From contig NW_002060949.1 of the NCBI RefSeq assembly GCF_000150275.1, forward strand, positions 4,378,964 to 4,442,963: DNA of 64,000 bases, given 5' to 3'. Shown in pieces: positions 53,827 through 64,000 of this stretch. The translations under genes and the position numbers were made by a program. The stretch's first letter is position 1, and each line of letters starts with the position of its first letter. The notes under the pieces were generated by a model. It worked only from the letters and a program-made list of their open reading frames with translations, was not told the DNA's origin and made no database searches. Source of the DNA: Trichoplax adhaerens. Taxonomy: Eukaryota; Animalia; Placozoa.

Positions 53827-56800
53827 ATGGAAATTCATGAATATAATCAACCTTCATCTATCGATCTTGCTAGTAAAATGAATCATTTCAATCCAGAATT
53901 TAACAGTAAAAGCCGAGATCAAACTAACTTGGAAACCACAGCAACAATCCATTTTCGTCAACCAATTCATTTACGTGGTGGTAATATTCAAGCCCAAAAT
54001 CAAGATCAATGCCAAACATTTATTTCTCAAGGACCACCGCCGCCACCACCGTATACCGGTAGAATGGATCCTAATCAACCTAGCATCATGACAAGTCTAC
54101 TTCCTCATCCATTAGGCGATGAACAACAATTTGGTACGTCGGTTGCGCGACATTATTCTATCCCTTTACAACATCAAGATCCGCGTCATCGCCAAGTTTT
54201 GCCTCATGATCGTCAAGAATTAGGTAACCACTTCGGTCAAATGGATGCCACTTTTCCACCCAATGTCCACCATGGAATGGTGGATTCAAACGCCGGCAAT
54301 AGTATTTATGCACCTCCACCGCAATTACGACCCGGTGTTGGCACTAATGAAATTTTAAATGTAACGGCACTTATTTACCCGAACCGCGATGATCAACAGG
54401 TATGTGAAAAAAAAAATGGCGTGCTACTGCTATTTTATCGTGTAGATAGTACCGTACTGAGTAAACAATTACGATATTAGAATCTGCCCAAGACATAATC
54501 ATGCCACCTTGTACACTAACATCACAAAATCGACGCGAAAAACCTCGAATAGATTTGATCAATCATGTGTATTTTTTTCATATTTTGATATATTTAAAAA
54601 TTCACACCAATAGCTATCATAATAAATTACCTTCGCTTTCCATGGATCGATAGGTAGTACACGTAATACGCGTCTAAATCATCTCGTCAATTAGACTAGA
54701 ATATAAATTTTAATGAGCAGGAACCAACTATTCATATGATAGACTAGAAAATTCAATTTTCGATCCATTGAGGTGGTGGTTGATTGCGAGCTTTTGGCAC
54801 CATAGTAAATATTTTATCTCTATAAGATCAGAAGAATCACAGTTTGTGTTGATTAAACACTGTCAATAGTCGAGATAAAGTTTAAAGTCAATTGCCTCAG
54901 GGGAACACTTACTTTACACATATGTTCGAGGATAAATATTTTTTCTTCGTAAGATTAAGTAAAACGCGGCTAATTTTCCCTTCAGGTTATGTTTATTTTA
55001 TTCATACTAAGAAGTTTTGACAAGAATAATTTTAGCGTTTTCTATTTTTCATTTTTTTTTTATCCATTGGGGGTGGTTTATGTTATCCTGAAGATTTATT
55101 TCATTTTTTACAACCTTCGCCATGATGCTTAGAGGAGGATACTACGCCCTCCTACTGATTGACGTAGATATTAAAAAATGACTGAAGACTTTTATAGTAA
55201 TGTGCATATGTTTTATTTAAGCCCTCGTATTATCACAAGATTGCCATTTTTGACGTAGCTTTTTAGATTTCCAAGGATGGTCAATCCTACGACGACGAGC
55301 TCTTTTTATGCTATTTTAAGTTTATATAATATCTCTAGTTGATCTAGTAGAAAAGGATTGCAGCCGGAAAAGTTCGACGATATACCGTCGCCCATGTTTT
55401 AGTATTATACCTTACACAGTAATTGGGTACCGTACGTATACTGACAGCTGAATGTTATTCCATAATTAAAATAAACTGTTGCGATAGTAGATTTGCATCA
55501 CTATAGAGGTAAGATATTATGGCTGTGTTAGATATATAATGACGATACTGTTTGTAGATAAGCTATAACAGCAATAACTCGCCTTTATATGGCATTATCG
55601 ATGCTAACGAAAACGGTAATAGGTTGGGTAGGACTAAAAACTTTAGCAACAAATGCGGCAACGTTAAATACACCCCTTACAAAAATGATCTAACTACTGT
55701 GGTAAACTTAACCTAGAGTTTAATTTAAGTAGAGTTCCATCATTAATTAGAATATGAGATAATAATTTTGAGATAACTCAGAATTATTAGATTATATCTG
55801 ATTTAAAGACAGCTTCATTCTCAAAACTGATGTTTTCACGTTGTTAGACTAACTCAAAAAAGTGGGATGGCAGTTCTGTTAGCATTCTACACAATGTAAA
55901 TATGTTATAATGTTTTGTGTAAATCAGTCATACATTCTTCGCTCTTCTTTTCTCTAGACTTTTTTTGTCTCAATAATTAATTTATCTTAATGCTTCATTA
56001 TTGGTTGATTACTTGTCCTACTTGTATACATAACCTAAACTAAGTTAAATATTATATTGATGGCGCTAGTTGTTCACACATGATTTAAGGAGATCTTGAT
56101 AAACTGTGAGACACAACGGCGAGACATTGTCATGTTTATCTATAACCGTCCGAATGATCGATTTACTTACCGCTATATTGTACCTATATCCATCTAACTG
56201 GATTCTGTGACAATTGAGAATAATACTATATTACGTACGGTAATATCTATTATTTTACCCTGAGTGATTCTACGGATGTTGGTTTGCCTTACATAATTTT
56301 TGTAATAAAAATCTCAGTTAAATATAACTAAAGTCAGTAATAGTCAATTGCAAAATTTTACCCATGCTAATACTACTTTTTGTCTAGCATTTATTATCAT
56401 ATGACCAGCAATTTTAGGGAGGGGTAAAGTTGTCGCCATGTTTCCTTAACCAACCATCAAATATGCATGATAAGGATAGCTACCACACAGTATTCCACCG
56501 ATTAGGATCTATTTATCTATATCAAGAGTACATCTGTGCTTTCGAAGCTATTTAATTAACTGATATAGATTGCTAATTAAGGGCATCCATGTCAATCAAG
56601 TTTCATAATAATTTCTTTGACACAAAAATCGCAAATGAACCCTCTATACTATGAATTTCAATAATGATATAATACAGTGCTGCAATGAAGGATAAAAAAT
56701 TGCAACTAACCGATACAGTAGCATTTTCCATAAGACATTATCGACGTAAGATATCGGTTAGCTTAATTCTTGACCGATAATTCGCTTTAATAAACTATGG

Positions 56801-59638
56801 AAAACAGTATTAAATGAACATTACGTTCCATAAATAGCATTTATAACATGCAAAAAACGATCATCATTTCTTCTTTAACTTTTTTCGCTCCATCTAATAA
56901 AAATTCTAGCACAGTAGTCTGGGATGTATGTTACTTTATTAGATTGTATTGAAAACTTTCTCTATTTTTGGCTCATCCCTAGTTACCTTAATTAATCATC
57001 TTCTACGGATTAAGATTACAAATAGTACGTGAGCGTTAGATGCTGTTGCACAAGGCATAATCCATCGTTTCACCATTTAGAATAATAATGTTGTCCTAAA
57101 ATGGATAATGAACAGGTTGATGAAGTAATCATAAGATAATGAGATGACATAAAAAAATGGGTTAACAATTATGCCGCCATGTAGTCTCTAACTAGACAAA
57201 GCAAATATTAGACAAAAGTAGATATAAAACATAAATAGACACAAAGCGGCCAATATATCGATATTGTTAAAAGTATTGTTGTCAAAACTGGTTAATCCAA
57301 GCCTATTGGTTAACGATTGGAAAAGCAATCAATAATTTTCTTTTCTCTTGTGAATAATAACTATCGAAATACAATGTTCATTATAGTCCATCTTTCTTTC
57401 CACAGCTGCCTTTCTACGCATTCCATAACTATTATTTCTAGATAACATCTCATCTGATTGGCATAAAATCCCTTATAGTCATTATATAGATACTAAATAA
57501 ATGAATTTGTTGCAGATAAATAAATTGCTTTAGTACTTATATTCATGTACCTGATTATGGAGAATAAAATCAATTAGTTATTCCCGAATTAATGTGAAAA
57601 AACTTTAATTTTAAAATATTGAATGATTCCGTAAAGAATTACATAGTGATTAAGACTGGATACTATAAATTAGTCTATAATACGGCATAAGATTCTGTAA
57701 TTTATATCATCAGTATACATTCTAGGACAATTTCATATTAACATTTCTCTTTGACCTTCATTTATAGGATCCTATGATACATCGTGTCCGCGACAGACAA
57801 AATGCAGGTAATTTAATTAAAGCTTGTACTTGATTATTTGGACTTGCTATTTACGGAATTGCATCTGCTTCAGAAATGGTTATCTTCATAATTTATCACT
57901 ATCATGTTCTTAGTATCATATGTTTTTACAGAATCGATCTATTTATGATATATATTAAACTGGAAAAACATATTCTAAGTTAGTAATTACAGCTACGGTA
58001 TAAATTGAATCAAATCAAGTATATTTTTATTTTTAAAATGACACCCAAAAAGCATAATTAGAAAATTAGAATAATAGGCATTAGTGCAATTCTGATTTAT
58101 TTAGTCTAATTTTATAATAGACGTACGGAGCCCTACTTGCTCTATGTATGGATATCTTTAATTAAGGATAAAAAATTATCTGTTCAATATTTCATCTTCT
58201 GTTATCAAAAATTACTAATATAGGGTAGGATAATCTGTAGATAATAAGCATTTGCTTAAGCAGAGATACAAAGTACCATTTCTTATTTGTTCATGATATC
58301 ATGATTTAATCTCGTTATAACAGACACTCTGGACAATCTGCCTAAAATTAAATATTTTTTATATTAAATTTGAGCTCATTAATCATTTGTAATATAGGCA
58401 ACGCAATCACCAACGATGACCGCAATTTAAAAAACAACGATGAATTTGAAATATCCCCTAATTTAGTCTTTTGCCATGTACCGGGCCGTTTGTCCCTACT
58501 TAGCTCTACATCAAAGTATAAAGTAAGCGTTGGAGAAGTTGAACGAAGACTTTCATCACCTGAATGCTTAAATGCATCTCTTCTTGGAGGAGTTTTGCGA
58601 AGGTATCAGAAATAGCAGATAATTATTTCTTTATCATAATATTACGTTAATATTCCCATAATTTAATTATCGATTGAAAGAAGTAATGACTTAAATTTTG
58701 TAAAATAATGTCAATTGATAGATTAACAATATTTATAAATGTAATGAAAATGCATTATGGCATCACATATCATAGGGCAAAATCCAAGAATGGCGGTAAA
58801 AGTTTAAGAGAGAAATTGGAAAAGTATGGTTTACGTTTACCTGCTGGTCGTAGGAAAGCAGCGAGCGTTACTCTTTTAACATCTTTAGTTGAAGGTTAGG
58901 AAACATTGTAAACGTCATAAATTTATATCCCACAAATATTGCCTATCAGTTCAAATAGATTTATATAGTATTCTGCGTGTTCGTAGAAATTTAAAGATAT
59001 TGTGGGCATAGTTAAATAATTATAAAGTATTATAGTTGTGTATATACCGTATTTACTTGATAAGATTCGATATACGATTAAAATATTAAGAATTAAATAT
59101 CATTTAGTTTTATTTGATTGTTTACTTAAAATTAACCGCAGGTGAAGCTAGCCATTTAGCGCGTGATTTCGATTATGTAAGCAAAACAGAATTTCCAGTT
59201 AAGCGGTTAGCTCAATATACGAAAAGACAGCATACTAATGATAAACAAGCTCTAGCAGCAAAAGTGGAGGCATCATTGTAAGTTGAAAGAGTAATTCTTA
59301 AATTAGATGATCTTATTTACTATTTTGATTTTATATCGATAAGATTAGTTGATCATAATGCACATGTATACTATAAAAAACTTAGAAAATTGGTCAAGGA
59401 ATTCCAAGATCTGATTCTTTGCGGTCCACCGGGAATGTCATACGAGTGGGAACCCGGTGTAGATAAAGATGTATTTAATGGATTACGTCATTTTGCATTA
59501 GTCACTCATGGTTTTGGTACACCAACAATTGTAACTGCTATCAATGTTTTCCATCGATATCTAGAAGAGCTATTACAATCTCAAGATAGTAAAGAAAATG
59601 ATGGAGGCCAAATGGGTAACGGAAAATGTAGTTCATAG
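53827..59638 (+). CDS. TFAP2: AP-2 family transcription factor, 441 aa
   Basis: Exons 53827-54399, 57768-57807 (40-nt micro-exon), 58398-58602, 58776-58894, 59142-59277 and 59386-59638 give 1,326 nt in frame. Pro/Gln-rich N-terminus with PPPPPPY; basic region [53 protein letters not shown]; helix-span-helix [28 protein letters not shown]...EFP and [12 protein letters not shown]. Confidence 0.96.
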
Positions 59639-60274
59639 CAGAAGTGAAAGTCGATAATAACTATCGCATATAGTCCAAAATTACATCAAATCACATCTCG
59701 ATATTGCCTCGGCTTGTGCTAATGCTAGATAGTTATATCCATATCTGCTGATTGTTGACAGATGGTTTATTACGTTATTCATACAACTGAGAGCATAATT
59801 ACAAGCTCCATTTTTAAATATATGATGTATACTCTTATAACTGATTAACAATTAATTATTATTAATCATCCGTCGATACATACATAAAAGATATGAAAGT
59901 AGTAATATCATTGTAGAATTTACTTTTATTTAAATTGTTTCCGATTGCTTGTTATTAGTAATAGAATTCTTCTATAGAGTAGTACATTATATTACAAAAT
60001 TGATCTCAAGACCGTAGTATAGGGTAATATCAAATATAGATAAGGTGTTTTGTGATGGTAAAAAATTGAAACAGGATTGCTTAGATTTGATCGGAAATCT
60101 TCCTATGCCTTCCTCAACTTACACGTATCATCGTAAGAATGAATAGTATCTCGCTACGTAATTCAGTTACAGTTTTGCTTAAATTTTATTATATATTCTG
60201 TTAAAGCCCTGTACCATGGTAGATATTATATCTACGAATGAAACGTATATCAATATCTTGTAGAGTATTGAGGA

Positions 60275-60347
60275 TATTATTATTATTATTATTATTACTA
60301 TTATTATTATTAATATTATTATTACTATTATTATTACTATTATTATT
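60275..60347. repeat. Imperfect (TAT)n microsatellite
   Basis: tattattattattattattattactattattattattaatattattattactattattattactattattatt. Confidence 0.9.
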
Positions 60348-62185
60348 GTATCGTTATTATTAAATATTCATAGATAGTGAAAAGCCGTTGTGGAGAAAAT
60401 GGTTACATTTAGGTTAATCATTCACTATCTATTTTCGAAGATGAGTGTATGGATAATATTAATCTTCTATATTCACTCTAATGTGTTTTCTTTCTCTTTT
60501 AATAATGATAATTTCATGATGAGAATATACTTTATTAATGTTCTACGTCTAAATTTTGCTATGATGAAAATCTCGCATAGTAATATGTATTTAAATATTT
60601 GTAACATGCAATCATACATCCCTAAACATGTCACATGCAATTATAATTATATATTTATGAAAGTAGCTAAAGAATGTTATTTGTCCCACTGCTTGCTTTC
60701 CTTTTAAGTATTGAAAGAAAAATGACTGCCAATGTATAATAACATTATTCTTCTTTCGTTGATTACTAAAATTTTTACTACGGTTTCACTTTGATTAAAT
60801 AGTGGTGAAAACAAAAAGTCAACTTTGACTGTTTCAAATTCTTCTAGTTACGAATACTATATACAGCATTCTTTTCATCTATTGTGGCGAAATCGATAAA
60901 AATGATTCCCTTTCTTGTTATAATTATTGCTGATTGCCAATTTTTAAGTGCCAATACTACTATTTAAAGCAACTTTCTGCCCTTTATTCATATGTTATTT
61001 ATAATAAACAATTGTAATTTATGCAGTAGTTGATGCGTACTATCATCTACTAGAAATGTCATCGATGTATGTATGTTAATGATAGATTTATTAATTAATT
61101 AATTTACTAATCATAGCTTGTGGCAATTTCTGCTGTACGAATAGTATATCCGCTTACTGTTATTTTAATTGGCTAGTTATTTGGTTATATAGCTTTCTGC
61201 TTTAACCAATTATCATGATTGCGATTATCTTTGACCTAGTATATAATATATAATAATGAATTAAGTAGATTTGATTGCGGCTGTTTTTGTTCTGCTCGTT
61301 AAGATTCTATGCTATCTTTAACAGTATAGCATTTGAAATGTGTTTTTACTTTCTGATCAATTTCAATTACCTCTATAATTTTAAATTATCTCTAAATCCT
61401 TTTATTTGTCTTTTGCCTTGTCTATTCCATGACATCAATAGTAAATAAATAAATTTACTTCAGGCCGTAAAATGAAGACTTTTATTTTGATGAAAGTCTA
61501 CAAAAAATTTCTAAGTTCATTCTAAGTGTCTACTAACATCAGTAATATAATAGTTCTCTGCTGTACATTGTGTAATGAGTAGATCTAAATGTTAATTTTT
61601 ACAGAGTAACAACATTAGAACATAAATTTATGTAATATTTTACAATAAGTAAAAAAGTTATAAATCAAGGAATAGATTGTCAAAGAAATACTGAAATGCA
61701 AAGATATGTCGTTTCTAAAAATCAAAGTATCATTACTGAGAGTAGAAAAATTAAGAAATACAGAGTGATTACATATACAGTGTGATAGCTGGTCCGTGTT
61801 GCATTCAGTGAATTAGTTTTAAACGAGAAATTTCATAAGTAAATATGTACACGGAGGTACGGGTTGTCTGAACAGAAACTTCAGACTAGAAAACTAATTG
61901 TAATTCAATCATACAATTTTAGAATTCACCGCCGAATACCAGTAAATCTTCCACGTGGAATAATAAATGTAACAAGGATATCGTACAAAAGTTGTACAAA
62001 ACTAAGTAATGTTTATAGGTTTTACTGAGACGGGTAATCTCAGGATATTATCCAGCAGCAACAAATCAGCGTTAGTTGCATTTAAAATAAACGGTAATAT
62101 AGGATCATTTGATACAGTAACACTTTGTACAGTGTTAAAGTATGAATTTATTTCGGACGGCTTTAACTCATCTAGCAAACAATAA

Positions 62186-63918
62186 TCAGCTATCTGCTTT
62201 ATCGCTCTTTTCTGGTGCTTGTGATCTTGTTAAAATTGCGTTTGTCAGCCATATTACAGGAGAAAATACGTGACATGTTAATACCCTTGATGTAAAAAAT
62301 TTAGTAATAATTAGTATAATTTGAACTACAAAGTAGATACATATTTTATCTGGGAACTGTATCGCATTTTAATTATTTTATTTTCAAACTAAACAATGTT
62401 CATAATTAATATATTTTGGTACAATGTAGTAGTATTACTCGAATTTGTTAACATTGAAGGGTGAAGTAGCCGCAGCACTGCAGATCAGCAAAGGAAAGAA
62501 GACGGAAAATACGCATGAACTATAAAATTTCAGAAACATATATTTATTATAGCAATGCCTATGGAAATGATCGGTGTCATAGGGTATACTGGTCGAAAAT
62601 AACGTAGCTTATATATATGGTAATTTGTAACCTTATAAAGAAAGATTCTGGTATATAAGTTAAAATAGCTAATGGTAGTCCAAAGCCGCAATAAAAAGGT
62701 AGATTATATTCAATTCTGTATAGTCTTTCCTGAACAAGAAAACCTACATAAACAAATTCGTTACGTATGAAAACCACTCAATTATGGGCGTAGAAGAGAA
62801 GTAGTAAGTAAATAAATTCTGACTGAAGTAATATATATTTGCTCAAATTTTCATTACCCATGTTAATCCACTTATATTCGTAGGCATACAACGAATATAA
62901 TATAGCCATTTGAAGTATACAAATTGCTCTACCAATGACAGGTATAAAATCAAAAATTGATCCCTATTATAATGTTATGTATAGCAGTTTTAGTACATCA
63001 AGGTTAATACTGTAGATTGTGTCAGTACAACATTTATTAACTTACTTGCAATAGGAAGAAAAATTCAACCAAAAGACTGAAAAAAAAGTCCGCTATTATC
63101 CTACTACCGGCTTCCACTAGACTGCGTACCGAAGAGTTATAGGATTAGATTGAATGCGAAATAAGGAATTTAATATAGCATAAAAGTTACTGAATACTAT
63201 AATACATGCATTAGTTGCTACTACTTTTCTTGAACGTTCTAACACCAAAGTATATGCAGAGAATACCACTGCCGTATAAGTACAATAAATTAAAAGAATA
63301 CTTAGTTTAAGAATAATTATATTATTTATGGCTGTTTTATGTTTTTGACACTTAGGAGGTTAAAATTAAACTGATTAACATCAATAGCTAAATAACGAAA
63401 TAAATCTAGTAACAGGACGTAAGATTGACATTATGATTTATGAATGCCAGCTATAATATAAGAATTTTAATCCAATCAACCTGCTACTTTTGGTTGTCAG
63501 TGTTGGTTTTGGCCGACCTCTGTTAGATTGATACGAGTGGATAGCAATTTCCTGCATTATGTAGGTTAAGAATACAGTTAATAGATTATATAATGGTCAA
63601 GAAACAATAAATGACTAATGATGCGGCTTAACATATGACCAACAAGATAGATTAAGAAAAAAATATTTGCCGTGTCTACATATAATGAGTATTGTAATAG
63701 ATTACCAATTGGTTAACATTTCAAGTTATCAAGTATATAATTATGAGTAATTTTTGTAGTATTAATTAACTTTAAAATTACCTGAAACCAAAAACTGTTT
63801 AAAGGCTTGCTAAGCCAGAATAGAGGGATAACCCACAACATTTTAAATGTGTACGATAGCAAAGTTTCTATCCAGAACCATAATTGTATGTGATACGATG
63901 AATCTGGTATGAATATAC
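62186..63918 (-). CDS. EI24: Etoposide-induced protein 2.4 (EI24/PIG8, ER autophagy-associated membrane protein), 3' exons; 5' end lies outside the window
   Basis: Exons 63782-63918, 63481-63551, 63046-63121, 62858-62963, 62632-62743, 62439-62519 and 62186-62285 splice in frame: LWVIPLFWLSKPLNSFWFQEIA, RIIADFFFSLLVEFFFLLQ, LYSLYAYEYKWIN, RLYRIEYNLPFYCGFGLPLAILT, CVFSVFFPLLICSA. TGA at 62186-62188. Confidence 0.92.
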
Positions 63919-64000
63919 CTAGAGTTAAAAAGTATATATAAACAGAATTATTAACTCATCTACACTACAGACAGACCTATTCTTGTCTACATCCTAAAGA

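Noticed and set aside
60390-60707. 105-aa plus-strand ORF downstream of TFAP2
   Set aside because: GTG start, AT-driven composition, next to a microsatellite, no recognisable motif.

Overview
AT-rich, intron-dense eukaryotic (animal) genomic DNA. The short GT-AG introns, compact gene spacing and TACAG/CTGTA pentamer arrays suggest a placozoan (Trichoplax-like); this is inference, not established. Five genes were reconstructed by hand-splicing. (1) A giant minus-strand spectraplakin-type gene (dystonin/MACF1/Shot family), ~32004 to the window edge: two CH domains, a plakin domain with its SH3 insert, an acidic linker, then ~49 spectrin repeats that alternate strictly between two types, including one 7,191-nt exon. 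(2) SIGMAR1 (minus strand, 3 exons, 213 aa). (3) EIF3H (plus strand, 7 exons, 323 aa), head-to-head with SIGMAR1. (4) An AP-2/TFAP2 transcription factor (plus strand, 6 coding exons, 441 aa), preceded by a ~13 kb region with no recognisable gene. (5) The 3' part of EI24 (minus strand). Most notable: the two-repeat (W-type/C-type) modular rod, an in-frame TGA at positions 2-4, a candidate spliced antisense transcript and three conserved 60-bp modules around the plakin 5' end, and a plakin-EIF3H-TFAP2 linkage that mirrors a vertebrate paralogon. No tRNA, rRNA, CRISPR or recognisable transposase was found.
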